DNA of 64,000 nt from Octopus bimaculoides (GCF_001194135.2 NC_068982.1:22797793-22861792); one strand, 5' to 3'. Numbered from the stretch's first letter, positions 26,941 to 40,924 are shown. Translations and numbers: made by a program. The notes: a model not told the origin generated them from the sequence alone.

Positions 26941-27649
26941 TATGGCCTCCGATTTTCTTGCGTAACATTTTGTCATTTGTTATCTTGAACGCAAGAGAAT
27001 ATCAAGCTTTAAATCGGACGCTTTGTTGAACTCTAAAGAGAGCGAAGGTCTTTCTAGAAGGTATTGTCACCATTTATGTAAACCTTCAAAATCTGCGCCA
27101 GTTTCCTTCTTAACAAAACATTATGTATTCTTGGAAAGTGTGCGAAAGGAAAAGGCAATTAAGCGCCTTCCTTGTGATAGTGTTGCAGCCAGAGCAGTGT
27201 GTGATGCTGGTGGTTTTAATAGTAAACAGAATGGATTTTTCAATAACATAGAGTTACGCACTTTCTATATCGAATTTAATACATTTTTGTTACATAATAG
27301 AAAAAACGCTAGGTTTCTGCTGTGATCTTCTGCATACAACGAAACCATATAAATACCTGTAAGTAAATTCCAAGTTATTTTCTAAGACAATTTTCTAAGA
27401 CATTATTCGTTGAAAACAGGTCATACAGTTCACGGGGCCAAATGGACAGTCTAGTATATTGATAAATTGTCTTAAGTTTTCAATAGCAAGGCAAAGAACG
27501 GGCTTTAAATGACAATAAAAGTTAGTAGTAGGCTTGACACATATCGTCTTTGTTAGAATATAACTGTTGAGATATAGTATATATTAACTTGCCAATGGCA
27601 AGTATGAAGGATAATATATCAATGCTGATAATGGTAGACAAATAATGGT

Positions 27650-28120
27650 AGGCGCAGGAGTGGCTGTGTGGTAAGTAGCTTGCTTACCAACCACATGGTT
27701 CGGGGTTCAGTCCCACTGCGTGGCACCTTGGGCAAGTGTCTTCTACAATAGCCTCGGGCCGACCANNNNNNNNNNCACCTTGGGCAAGTGTCTTCTACAA
27801 TAGCCTCGGGCCGACCAAAGCCTTGTGAGTGGATTTGGTAGACGGAAACTGAAAGAAGCCCGTCGTATATATGTATATGTATATATACATATGTGTGTTT
27901 GTGTGTCTGTGTTTGTACCCACAACATCGCTTGACAACCGTTGCTGGTGTGTTTACGTCCCCGTAACTTAGCAGTTCGGCAAAAAAGACTGATAGAATAA
28001 GTACAAGACTTACAAAGAATAAGTCCTGGAGTCGATTTGCTCGACTAAAGGCGGTGCTCCAGCATGGCCGCAGTCAAACGACTGAAACAAGTAAACGAGT
28101 AAAAAGAGAGTAAAGAGTAA
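27650..28120 (+). mobile_element. Family-A SINE, young full-length copy containing a 10-N gap
   Basis: aggcgcaggagtggctgtgtggtaagtagcttgcttaccaaccacatggttcggggttcagtccc head; (aaagagt)n tail. Confidence 0.9.
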
Positions 28121-29149
28121 ATCAATGACAAGACGTGTTTAAATGTTCGTTTTTTTGTTGTTGTTATTACGACTTGGCATCTCTATGGTCACTGACTGGG
28201 TTCTGTGAGGCATCCTTGAAGAATTAATTAATTTATGGTTTATGAATTTGCTATCGTTTTTAGTACATTTGGATAGGCTTAGCAATTGGCTTTCTGTTCG
28301 GTATTAAATTACTGTAAAACGTAGCATGTGGAAACTGTAAACGATCAAAATTTGTCTTCAGTCGAAAGACATGTGATCCATTAAAATGAAGTTTCACATA
28401 AGAATACAGGAACAGGAAACTCAGACCCAGTATTAAATCGGAGCAAAGGCTGGACACTTTATGCAATTTTTCTGCATACCTAATATTAGCTTTGCATATC
28501 CCCATAATTAGGGAACTTAGAAGTGAAATGCTGTTACAACGTTGCATCTGAATAGTTTAATGATTAAAACATTCTGCTTGGCATAAACTAGGCTGGAAAA
28601 TAATCGCCAGTGCTTCCTCAGTTAACTAGACCCTAATTGACTTTTAATCACAATATCAATGCTGTTACAAAACAAGATTAATAAACTCAAAGAAAGTAAT
28701 ATTATATACTGAGCGTATATAAACTATCTCTACAATTTGAAAAAAAATTCAGAAAACTATAAGTTTAAAACATAGGCGAACAAAATTTTATTAGACACTC
28801 CAGAACACTTCCACGCGGGACCCATTTGTTGCAAGCAAACTGCTGAGTTATCGTTAGTTATCTTGTTTGAACTTTTCAAATTGCAAAGGTCATTTATGAA
28901 CACCATGCATTTATTACGGAGTTTACATTAACGTCCTGTGTGCTTAGTGTGTAATTCACCCATTCTAACAAAATAACCTCATTGTTTCTCATACATGTAA
29001 TATACGCCATAGGCATTTCTAATCTGTGATTTATAGCGGCCATACATATAACACCACCTCATGGAAAAAAGAGGGGAAAATTGCAAATCGCTGTTGAAAT
29101 AGATTCTTGCTTCATGTCAACCTCTGTAACAATCCTTTCTACTATAACT

Positions 29150-29345
29150 ACAAAGAGCGTGAAATTTTGGGGTAGAAGGCTGGTCGATTACATCGACACC
29201 AGAACTCAACTGTTATTTATTTTATCGACCCGGAAAAGATGAAATGCGATGCCGACCCCGGCGGAATTTGAATTCGGAATGCAAAGACTGACTAAACACT
29301 ACTAAGAATTTTGTCTGGCGTGTCAGCGATTGTGCCATTTCGTTG
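29150..29345 (-). mobile_element. Family-B SINE
   Basis: gtcgattacatcgacacc...ttttatcgacccggaaaagatgaaatgc...cggcggaatttgaa. Confidence 0.75.
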
Positions 29346-29364
29346 CCTTAGCTTGTTCATAATA

Positions 29365-29575
29365 ACGATTTCAGAGTTTGGAATAAGGCCAGCAATTCCG
29401 GGAAGTGGGGTAAGTCGATTACATCGACCCCGATATCTAACTGGTACTTATTTTATCGACCCAGAAAAGGATGGAAGGCAAAGCCGACCTTCGTGTAATT
29501 TGAACACAGAACGTAAAGACGGACGAAATGTCGCTAAGACTTTTGCCTGACGTACAAACGATTCTACCTGCTCAA
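29365..29575 (-). mobile_element. Family-B SINE, directly adjacent second copy
   Basis: Same motifs as 29150-29345, with tail ttcagagtttggaataaggccagcaatt. Confidence 0.8.
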
Positions 29576-30263
29576 TATCTTATCTTCTTCACTAATAATA
29601 GTAGCAATATTTACAAACCCGTCCTGGTTTTAAACGTTTTATGCAACGCTAAGTACATAGTTTAGCCTAATGAATTAATGTTTCGAAATCTAGTCATTTT
29701 ATCAAGTGGTCTCAGTTTTGCGTCTGCTTACAGGGGTGCAAAGACAAAAATACAGTCTTCAGAATCTGCAGAGAGTAATTCCAAGGCTTCAAGAAATTGA
29801 ACTTCAGATTCATTTCGCTTGTATTTTTTTAGCATTGCTAAACTAGTCACAGACAAAAAAGAAAAAAAAAAAAAAAGAACGAAATAAAAAGCGTTGGGGA
29901 GAAAATAATTACTTCACTCATTAACGCTCATGGCCCCTTTTAAAGACCAGAAGGATAATCCATCATATTTCTGCAACACCTGTATTTTTCTGAGATGTTT
30001 TCAGTTAGTAATCAAGACTGGAGTGTCTTTCAAATATTGTAATAAAAAGTTTTGGTAATAAATTAAATAAAAATTTTGGGCACTAATGGGTTAATGGTGA
30101 TGTCTGTTGGCAGTTAAACTTGTGAATAATTTTAAAAGTTAAAGCTTTCGAGAGAAATATGAGCGGAATTCGTTTTGAATCCCTATACTCTGATTTCAAA
30201 TCATACCATGTTCAAAGCATATATGTATATATAAATACACACACTTTTCAGTCTAAATTCATA

Positions 30264-30680
30264 TCTCTTTTACTCTTTTACTTGTTTCAGTCATTTGACT
30301 GCGGCCATGCTGGAGCAGCGCCTTTAGTCGAGCAAATCGACCCCGGGACTTATTCTTTGTAAGCCTAGTACTTATTCTATCGGTCTCTTTTGCCGAACCG
30401 CTAAGTGACGGGGACATAAACACACCAGCATCGGTTGTCAAGCAATGCTAGGAGGACAAACACAGACACACAAACACACACACACACACACACATATATA
30501 TATGTATACATATATACGACGGGCTTCTTTCAGTTTCCGTCTACCAAATCCACTCACAAGGCTTTGGTCGACCCGAGTCTATAGTAGAAGACACTTGCCC
30601 AAGGTGCCACGCAGTGGGACTGAACCCCGAACCATGTGGTTGGTAAGCAAGCTACTTACCACACAGCCACTCCTGCGCCT
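30264..30680 (-). mobile_element. Family-A SINE, young full-length copy
   Basis: Near-identical reverse complement of 27650-28120. Confidence 0.92.
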
Positions 30681-30749
30681 ATATGTAATTTTACATATAT
30701 AAATATCTTATAATATTCTACGTCTATGTATAAGTTTACCATATGAGGT

Positions 30750-30828
<79 letters not shown>

Positions 30829-31097
30829 GCTAGCTAGCTATCTATCTATCTATCTAGCTGTCTGTTTGTCTGTCTAAAGAAAATTGAAAGAAGAAAGTGC
30901 GAGTAAAGAAAATGTATGTTCCCTTTGACCAAAGTCATGAGGCTGAAAAAAACTAGGGATCTAGATTCACCGAATGCCACATATCAGAGGATGTTCTCAA
31001 TAATAATTGTGTAGCAAAACCGGCGGTGCCCCAGCATGGCCACAGATTTCAGCTGAAACAGATAAAAATAAACATGTATATATATATATATATATAT

Positions 31098-31298
31098 CAT
31101 TATTATGATTGACCGTTGACTGAACACTATTCAATTTTTTTTTTCTCCGTGTTTTTCTCCTTGTCTCCGTATTCTTTCTGTTGAAGAGCGTAGCTCGAAA
31201 CGTCAAAGACTTTCCGTATTCCCGAGCGTCATACTAATATATACTTTTGTTATTTACACCACCTGTCCTCGTCTGTTGTTATTTTTTGTATATTCTCC
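31098..31298 (+). mobile_element. ~200-bp T-rich element carrying a hammerhead motif, bounded by (TA)n (PLE pLTR or retrozyme-like)
   Basis: Flanked on both sides by (TA)n; contains the motif at 31173-31209; no tRNA head seen. Confidence 0.55.
31173..31209 (+). ncRNA. Minimal type-I hammerhead motif with variant core (CUGUUGA)
   Basis: tcttt-CTGTTGA-A-GAGC-gta-GCTC-GAAA-CGT-C-aaaga: perfect stems I and II, palindromic ACGT stem III, GUC triplet. Confidence 0.65.
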
Positions 31299-32373
31299 CA
31301 TATATATAAACTTATATTGATACATATGCTAAGAAATTTATACATATGATGCAGTATACTAGATGTGGCTTTTATATCCAATTTAAAAAATTTTATTTGG
31401 TGTTTCAAGAAATCAACGTATTAATCTACACCACAATTATTTAACTAGAAATTTACACCCCCATTCATTCCCCCCTTCTCACTCCTTTCATTCTTTTATC
31501 TTTCTTTTTTGTTTCTTCGTTTCGTCATCTTTATCAATGTTTTCCTCATCATCTTCCATCTTTTATTGAAGAAATGAAAGAAATTCTCCCTTAGTCTCCA
31601 AACAATATTCGATATTGATGTTGTTTGATGTTTTACACAAACACACTCACATATTATATATATATATATATNNNNNNNNNNNNNNNNNNNNNNNNNNNNN
31701 NNNNNNNNNNNNNNNNNNNNNNNNNNNNNNNNNNNNNNNNNNNNNNNNNNNNNNNNNNNNNNNNNNNNNNNNNNNNNNNNNNNNNNNNNNNNNNNNNNNN
31801 NNNNNNNNNNNNNNNNNNNNNNNNNNNNNNNNNNNNNNNNNNNNNNNNNNNNNNNNNNNNNNNNNNNNNNNNNNNNNNNNNNNNNNNNNNNNNNNNNNNN
31901 NNNNNNNNNNNNNNNNNNNNNNNNNNNNNNNNNNNNNNNNNNNNNNNNNNNNNNNNNNNNNNNNNNNNNNNNNNNNNNNNNNNNNNNNNNNNNNNNNNNN
32001 NNNNNNNNNNNNNNNNNNNNNNNNNNNNNNNNNNNNNNNNNNNNNNNNNNNNNNNNNNNNNNNNNNNNNNNNNNNNNNNNNNNNNNNNNNNNNNNNNNNN
32101 NNNNNNNNNNNNNNNNNNNNNNNNNNNNNNNNNNNNNNNNNNNNNNNNNNNNNNNNNNNNNNNNNNNNNNNNNNNNNNNNNNNNNNNNNNNNNNNNNNNN
32201 NNNNNNNNNNNNNNNNNNNNNNNNNNNNNNNNNNNNNNNNNNNNNNNNNNNNNNNNNNNNNNNNNNNNNNNNNNNNNNNNNNNNNNNNNNNNNNNNNNNN
32301 NNNNNNNNNNNNNNNNNNNNNNNNNNNNNNNNNNNNNNNNNNNNNNNNNNNNNNNNNNNNNNNNNNNNNNNNN

Positions 32374-32428
<55 letters not shown>

Positions 32429-32574
32429 CTGCATATATATGTTTATATATATATAGGTATATATACGTGCATATATATGTATACATATGTATACACACAC
32501 ACATACAAATATATATGTATATATATGTATATATATATGTATATATATATACATATATATACGTATATATATAC

Positions 32575-32742
<168 letters not shown>

Positions 32743-33835
32743 ACATATGAAGTTGAAGCTCAATGAAAAATATTATATAAAAACACATATATGTAGAAAT
32801 TTTTATTAAGTTTCGAATAAGACGTGTCTTTGTTGTTCTATTTCTTGTTTTATTTAGAGGCTTTATTATTTCATGACAGAGTTCTCTACTTTTTACATTA
32901 ATTTGATTATGTATTTATCTCTATATACCACTAGAAAATATGGTGAGAGTCACTGGAGATGCTTTGCGGAAGTCAAAATTTATTTTATGGCAGATCTGAC
33001 ACAAAATCCTCTAGGGAATTAAAAGTGAAAAAAAATTGCCTGAGAGAAACCACAACGGCTGACGGATAGATTATAATAAAATCTCGTCGTAGATGACAAA
33101 ATTTCTCAGGTTTGGCGTGGAAGTAGCTAAGAGGGTGATAGTGACTTATCTTTACATCTTATCTAGGATCGATTCATTATCTAGGATCGATTCATATATC
33201 GTTTTATTTAAAACTTTGATGTTGCGGTTGCTTCCTATTACTTTTATATTATTTTTGTTGAGCGAACTCGCTCGCTCTCAACAAGTTGTGGTTATAAATT
33301 TGGTTAAATAGCATCGTGTTGCGAGTGATTCTATTTGTAATCGAGAGTATCTGGGGTAACTGAATTGTAATATTAAAGACTATGAAAGCAAATGTGTTGT
33401 GAATTGCATTTAGTAATTACTTGTATCTCCTCATGGTCAACTAATTTAATTGTCTAGAAAACAGTTAATAAATGGTAAAAAGTTTTGTGAGATTAACAAT
33501 ATGGAGTCAGTTTCTAACAAATACAGAAAGCTCCATCTTTCGAATGTAAATAACGAAAACAATGACTCATTTTAAAGCTGGGAAAACTCATCTATAGTGT
33601 TACGTTCCGCTCATAGATTGTATTTTCAATGTGCGAATCACTTTTATGTATGCATGTAGGTAGAAAGGTTGGTAGGTAGACATGTATTGCTATGTACGAG
33701 TGTTATACGTTTATGGCGGGCTGTGTCAAACAGTTTAAAACACGACCAGATGAAAGCAAATATATGACGAAACGAAAACGAACATAATTTCTTATATAAG
33801 AAAAGATATGTATACATACACACCTAAACACACAA

Positions 33836-33910
<75 letters not shown>

Positions 33911-34439
33911 TGCGCACATAGGTATAGCTACAAATTCATGCAGAAAAAATATTCTGTGTGGTAAGACTATCACCATGGCGCAAACTCATAAACCAAAGGG
34001 AAATAAAGCAAAAATGGAAAACTATGAGTTATATGAAGTAACATGACACAAAATTTATTGGTGTTGTTGGCTTGACGTCTTCACAACGATGCCATTATTG
34101 ATTGTTTAGAGATGGTGAAGGTGACACCTTATTTTGGGAATGTAGTTCGTGTCGTTCTTGGTGTTTTGCAATACATCAAGCCTTGTTCGAGGCGTTGAAG
34201 CTTTGACCATCATTCTGCTTCTGTTTTTTTTCTTTTTTGCTATATAGGAGACTACAGTGGTCAATGAATACCTTGTTTTATTTTTAGATAGTAGGATAAG
34301 GTTCAAGGGATGTTTGATTGAAGCTGATTTTGGCAGTTGGAACGCCTGCGCGGAGTTTACATCGCTAGCTCCAGAGTGAAGTGATGTGAGCAGAATATGT
34401 GGTTAGTCAATGGTAAGAGACAAAGAAGGTGGAGAAAAA

Positions 34440-34578
34440 GGGGACAGAGAGAAAGAGAGGGCGACAGAAAGAGAGGGCGACAGAAAGAGAGGGCGACAGA
34501 AAGAGAGGGAGAGAAACAGAATGAAAGAGATCGACAGATAGAAGCAGAAGGAGAAAGTGAGGCAGAGAGAATGAGAGT

Positions 34579-34655
<77 letters not shown>

Positions 34656-34810
34656 GAAGAGAGAAAGAGATGAAGAGAGAGAGAGTGAGACAAAGAGTGA
34701 AAGTGAGAAAGAATGAAAGAGGTGGATAGAGATGCAGAGGGAGAGAGTGAGACAGGAGAGAATGAAAATCAAAGGGAGTGAGAGAGGCAGAGAAACAGAG
34801 AAGCAGAAAG

Positions 34811-34862
<52 letters not shown>

Positions 34863-34880
34863 CGACAAAGAGACAGAGAG
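34440..34880. repeat. Polypurine (GA)n tract with a 16-bp tandem unit gacagaaagagagggc
   Basis: Directly visible. Confidence 0.9.
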
Positions 34881-34899
34881 AGCAATGTATTGGCCAGAG

Positions 34900-36560
34900 C
34901 GGACTAGTTCGGTAACTTTGTTAAAGCTTCATCTTCGTCTCCACAAAGTTTCCAAAATCAAAATCCCATAAAGATTGAAACGGAAGAACAATTAACTCTT
35001 TTGTTGGAAAATTCCTATCAGGAATTGATTCAAATTGGTAATGCTATCTTGCATGAAGTTCAGAGCCTGTTTTACTAACTTAGCATTACTGAATTGATGG
35101 AAAACAAAGAAGTATTTAAAGCAAGGAAAGGGTGATTTTTTAGATTTGAACATTGTTAAACCAACCGAAGCTGCAAGGGCGGGTAAAGACACCGTCTCTC
35201 GTTCTAAATATTCAAAAGAATTGTTAAAAAAACGAGAAAAATTGTAGAAAATAATTAAAATTAACATAATATATTAAATATAAAGGAGACTGGTATTTTC
35301 AAAATGATATCTATATCATTTGGAGGAGTAGAGAGCAAAGCGCGAAACACCGCAATTTGGATATAAAATATAAAAAATATTGCATTACAATTCTACTTTA
35401 AAAGACAACAACATACCATTTCCATCATTTATCATACAAATAAAAACTAGAACCACTGCGTGTGTTTATTGTTCGCATAATGACCCTACTGAGGTACTAC
35501 GAAAGATTGTATTACAATTTTATCTTAATAGACTACAACAAACACGCCATTCCCACCATTTGGTAAAAGAATAAGAACAAATAATGGTCACCCAAACAGT
35601 ATTTATTCACTGGTTCATGGAATATTTTTGTCCGGTATTAACGATTATTGTAAAGCGAATAATTTAGTTTCAAGGTTCTTTTTAAATCTAGAAAATGTCA
35701 GTTGAACGCCCAACCGCACTAACATTTGACTTCAACTTTTGGTATTAGGCCAGCAATATTTAGGTGGATGGTGTTTAGTCGATTATATCGACCTCAGTAC
35801 TCAACTGGTTTCTTTATTTTATCATTTATTTTATCAATCTCGAAAGGATGAATGGCAAAGTTAACCGCGGTAGAATTTGAACTCAGAACGCTAAGAGCCA
35901 TAAGAAATACCTCGAAGCATTTTGTTCGACGTGCTAACGATTCTGCCAGCAAACCGTTACTTTTACAGCCTATCTAGGGAGATATTTCTTCTTTCAAGGT
36001 TTATTTTATTTGAAGAACTTCATCAAAACCATTTGAAGTTACAATTGAAGAAGTTTCTAGCACATTTCAAGGGCTATCGAAGAATTTCAGTATTAAGCAC
36101 ACATTTGCAAACATAAATTATTCATGGGAAGAAATGAGATCCAGGTCTTTTGGTAACATTTGGAAAAATACTTTTGCCTACAAGTGTTAATGATTTTCTT
36201 GGCTTTGGAATTTCTTTTAAAGAACGTAATTGAAGAAATTACTGCAATCGGAAAAGACTGCAGTTTTGAAGATGTCGAGGCAGGAAATGTTCGTAAGTTA
36301 TTGGAAAGATTGAGTGAATGTTGAACTTTTGGAAATGGAACTTCAAAGAGTATACGAAAAAAAAAATCGAAAGAATCTGACAGAGACGGAAAGGAATCGA
36401 AAGAAATAACATTAACTGAACTTACAGGTATGTTTCAAAGTTTAGGAATAAGCGACGTTTGATGGATTTGGATCCTGAGATCAATAGAAATTGTCAAGTA
36501 TGTCATGGTGGTCTAGAAAGAATGATTTCTTGTTAATGCACCCCTCCCAGAGAGAGAAAA
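34900..36560 (+). pseudogene. Decayed pogo/Tigger-like transposase (CENP-B HTH plus DDE_1), interrupted by a family-B SINE
   Basis: Recognisable with frameshifts: VFKARKG*F.RF (ASKGWF-like), EAARA, ETGIF, VTQTVFIHWFMEYFCP..YCKANNL...LEN (LLLDN-like), LQP...SSFK (LQPMDQG-like), F.DV...V..LL and MDLDP. Confidence 0.75.
35728..35956 (-). mobile_element. Family-B SINE inserted in the Tigger relic
   Basis: gtcgattatatcgacctcagtactcaactgg...gaaaggatgaatggcaaagtt...gattctgccagc. Confidence 0.8.
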
Positions 36561-36818
36561 AAAAACCCAACTAAAAAGCAACTAAAATTCTGCATGCAGT
36601 TCTTAGATTAAAAAAAAAATACTTTATTTAACTTCATCGATGCATCGTATTGTAAATTGTCTATCATTATTTGAAAATCTCGAGAAGTAATAATGTCAGA
36701 AATCAATATATAATATTTCCTTCCATCGATTATTATAGTTATATTCGATTGGTGGGGTTTTGACTAATGGGTCAAAATTATGGAAAAATTTGACAGCACA
36801 AATTAAGGGATAACCATG

Positions 36819-36855
<37 letters not shown>

Positions 36856-36888
36856 GTTTGTCTGTCTGTCTGTCTGCCGGTCCGTCCG

Positions 36889-36959
<71 letters not shown>

Positions 36960-37689
36960 GTCTGTCTGTCTGTCTGTCTGTTTATCTATCTATTTATCTA
37001 TCTATCTACCTATATNNNNNNNNNNNNNNNNNNNNNNNNNNNNNNNNNNNNNNNNNNNNNNNNNNNNNNNNNNNNNNNNNNNNNNNNNNNNNNNNNNNNN
37101 NNNNNNNNNNNNNNNNNNNNNNNNNNNNNNNNNNNNNNNNNNNNNNNNNNNNNNNNNNNNNNNNNNNNNNNNNNNNNNNNNNNNNNNNNNNNNNNNNNNN
37201 NNNNNNNNNNNNNNNNNNNNNNNNNNNNNNNNNNNNNNNNNNNNNNNNNNNNNNNNNNNNNNNNNNNNNNNNNNNNNNNNNNNNNNNNNNNNNNNNNNNN
37301 NNNNNNNNNNNNNNNNNNNNNNNNNNNNNNNNNNNNNNNNNNNNNNNNNNNNNNNNNNNNNNNNNNNNNNNNNNNNNNNNNNNNNNNNNNNNNNNNNNNN
37401 NNNNNNNNNNNNNNNNNNNNNNNNNNNNNNNNNNNNNNNNNNNNNNNNNNNNNNNNNNNNNNNNNNNNNNNNNNNNNNNNNNNNNNNNNNNNNNNNNNNN
37501 NNNNNNNNNNNNNNNNNNNNNNNNNNNNNNNNNNNNNNNNNNNNNNNNNNNNNNNNNNNNNNNNNNNNNNNNNNNNNNNNNNNNNNNNNNNNNNNNNNNN
37601 NNNNNNNNNNNNNNNNNNNNNNNNNNNNNNNNNNNNNNNNNNNNNNNNNNNNNNNNNNNNNNNNNNNNNNNNNNNNNNTATATATATCT

Positions 37690-38065
37690 TTTATCCTTTA
37701 TCTTTTACTTGTTTCAGTCTTTGGACTACGGCCACGCTGGAGCACCACCTAGAAGAATTTTTAGTCGAATATTTGATTTTCATAAGCCTAGTACTTATTC
37801 TGTCGGTCTCTTTTGCCGAACCACTAATTTACGAGGATGTAAACACACTAGTACCGGTTGTCAGGTGGTGGTGGGGGTGGGACGACACAAAGGCGCGCAA
37901 AAACACACACACATACAATATACGATGGGATTCTTTCAGTTTCCACCTAACAAATCCACTCACAAGGTTTAGGTCGGCCCGAGGCTACAATAGAAGACAC
38001 TTACCTAACATACCACACAGTGGTACTGAACCCAGAACCATGTGATTGGGAAGCAAGCTTCTTTA
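37690..38065 (-). mobile_element. Family-A SINE
   Basis: Colinear with other A copies. Confidence 0.85.
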
Positions 38066-38524
38066 TTTCATTTGATTAGGCATGAAGGCTGTACATAGAG
38101 TAGCAGACGATTAAGCTAGACAAAGACGTTAATGAAAATATGATAGGATGACACCGATGAAAAATGAGACGGGCGCCAGCGCCCACCGACTGGTAACCCC
38201 TCGAAAACATTGTTTCAATACAAATCATTTACAAATCATTTACAAAATCAGTTATGCAATACAAATCAAATTCATAAATACAATTAATCATAACTAATCC
38301 GCTACCGCCACAGCCCTTAAGCAAACGACTTGCTGCCCACTTCTTACCACGCAGTCACGTTTGCGCCTATATGTATATACATATATAAAAATGGAACAAA
38401 AACGCAATAGAGGACAATAGAACATTCGGACAGATAGACGATACAAAAGCGGACAAGAGAAACAGGTACACTTATGCATAAAATGTACCTACATATACAC
38501 ATAAACCACACCTATAAATACATA

Positions 38525-38910
38525 TACTCTTTATTCTCTTTTTACTCTTTTTCTTGTTTCAGTCATTTGACAGTGGCCATGCTGGAGTACCGCCTTTAGT
38601 CGAACAAATCGACCGCGGGACTTATTCTTTTCTACGCCTAGAACTTATTCTATCGGTCCGTTTTGCCGAACCGCTAAGTTACGGGGACGTAAAAACACCA
38701 GCATCGGTTGTCAAGCGATGGTGGGGGGACAAACACAGACACCCAAACACACACACTTCTTTCAGTTTCCGTCTACCAAATCCACTCACAAGGCTTTGGT
38801 CGGCCCGAGGCTATAGTAGAAGACATTTGCCCAAGTTGCCACGCAGTGGGACTGAACCCGGAACCATGTGGTTGGAATGCAAGCTACTTACCACACAGCC
38901 ACTCCTGCAT
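38525..38910 (-). mobile_element. Family-A SINE; an additional A head fragment lies at ~38330-38370
   Basis: Colinear with other A copies. Confidence 0.88.
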
Positions 38911-39684
38911 TTGTGTATATTATTTTTGTGTGTATGTGTATAGTGAACGCACAATTGCGTTCGATTAAAACTGCATTAAGGAATTCGTTATAGGGCTATT
39001 AGATTTAGTTTAGGAAAATCTCCTAAATGAAACTAATAAAGACACATTGGTATAGAATTTGTTTCGTAAGAGGAACATTCGGCCAAGAGAATGATGTCGT
39101 AATTGTGAAAATCGTGGCTGGTTTTTATGATTGGTGATGGGGATTTTATCAATTACGATTTTCAGTTTTATGATTCCCTGCTGCTCACTACAAAAACACG
39201 CCAAACGCATCAACAACATTCCACTATCACCACTTCATTCAGAAGATACGGATGAGAATGTTTTGAAATATTACTTGGCTTAGGAATATTACTTTTTGAA
39301 ACTAAGCATAAAGAACTAACGAAGGATACAAACGTTAATTACTACAAATAGATTAAACGTGAACGCAGCTATGATCTTCATATTAACTGAGCCCCCTCGC
39401 GCGCGCACACACACAGTCATGTTTATGTATAGTTATATCTGATGTTAAGGACTTCAGCACTTCTAATGATTAGATAGTTCGAGCAAAGATGAAATGGAGC
39501 TTGAGAACAAAAGCAGCAACACCAATGTACCTCTGACCACCGATATACAGTAACCGGTAGGACTGGCTCTAAGTTACTATCACGATTAAAAGCATAATGT
39601 ATTGCTTGTAAGAATGTATAAGCTGAAGGTAAACAATTGAAAAGCTCTCAAAATTCAGAAACCTTTCATTCGCATAAATAAACA

Positions 39685-39703
39685 AGAGAGAAAGAGAGAG
39701 AGA

Positions 39704-39798
<95 letters not shown>

Positions 39799-40242
39799 GG
39801 AGTAAGAGACAGAGACAGGGAGAAACAGTAAAAGAAGGAGAGAGAGATAGAAACAGAGAGAGGGAGAGAGACAGATAGACAGACAGAGATAGACAGACAG
39901 AGACAGACAGACAGACAGAGACAGACAGACAGAGACAGACAGAGACAAAGACTGAGTGAGAGACAGAGACAGAGACAGAGACAGAGAGAAACAGTAAAGG
40001 AGGGAGAGAGAAATAGAAACAGAGAGAGAAAGAGAGAGAGAGAGAGAGAAACAGTAAAAGAGGGAGAGAGAGATAGAAACAAAGAGAGAGGGAGGGAGGG
40101 AGAAAGAGACAGAGAGACAGATAGAGACAGACAGACAGACAGATAGACAGACAAAGACAGAGTGAGAGACAGAGACAGAGAGAAACAGTAAAAGAGGGAG
40201 AGAGAAATAGAAACAGAGAGAGAGGGAGGGAGGGAGAGAGAG
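39685..40242. repeat. Composite GA/GACA microsatellite with a higher-order unit
   Basis: gaaacagtaaa.g.ggagagaga.atagaaac recurs four times (~39822, 39989, 40048, 40181). Confidence 0.85.
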
Positions 40243-40924
40243 CGTATGTACATTACTAGGAAAGATCTCAACACACTTTTATGGTAAATTGTGAGGAAAT
40301 GCTAGGTGGGTGTGAGAAGCCCGAAGGGTTTCATTGATCTCCTACAGATGTCACAGATTTTGTCCAATTAAATTCAAGAATATAAACAAAAGAACAGATA
40401 TTGAAGAAACATACATTATCCCAGCATAAATATTTGTTTTCCGACATTACATCTGCAGATGTTTTCATAGTGCGATTTTAATTTATCTTTTTTTGTTTAC
40501 TGTATAATTTTCTATTGACAAAATTACCGAAGAATTTTCAATGATTGAGATGATCACAAACATGACTTGCCGCTCTCTAGCACGTGAAACTCCAGCTGAT
40601 TCTCCATCGTTCTGATATTATGTGGATGCTGCCTTGTAGTCACAACCAATAAACATCAATACCAACCAACCAACCCTCACAGTACACAAATTTGCTAAAA
40701 TACTCCTTTACACCATGACCAGCAACCTCAACACCGCTACCACCACCTCCATCACCACTATATTATTTCCAGCCAATTAAATTTGAACACCACTAATTAA
40801 GACCTGTTTACTCGATGACTCAATGAAAGAATCTTTCTGTTGTTTCTTGACATGTTAGATACAGTAGTTAAATCTCACGTAGATCATATACAACTGTCTT
40901 TAAGACAGGGCATATTAGATGAAA

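Noticed and set aside
27120-27240. RAVCDAGGFNSK, reminiscent of a Tc1 C-terminus
   Set aside because: Too short, with no supporting upstream motifs or TIR.
27720-27800. Direct repeat of caccttgggcaagtgtcttctacaatagcctcgggccgacca around a 10-N gap
   Set aside because: Typical unmerged contig overlap artefact; similar 10-N joins occur at 9739 and 46259.
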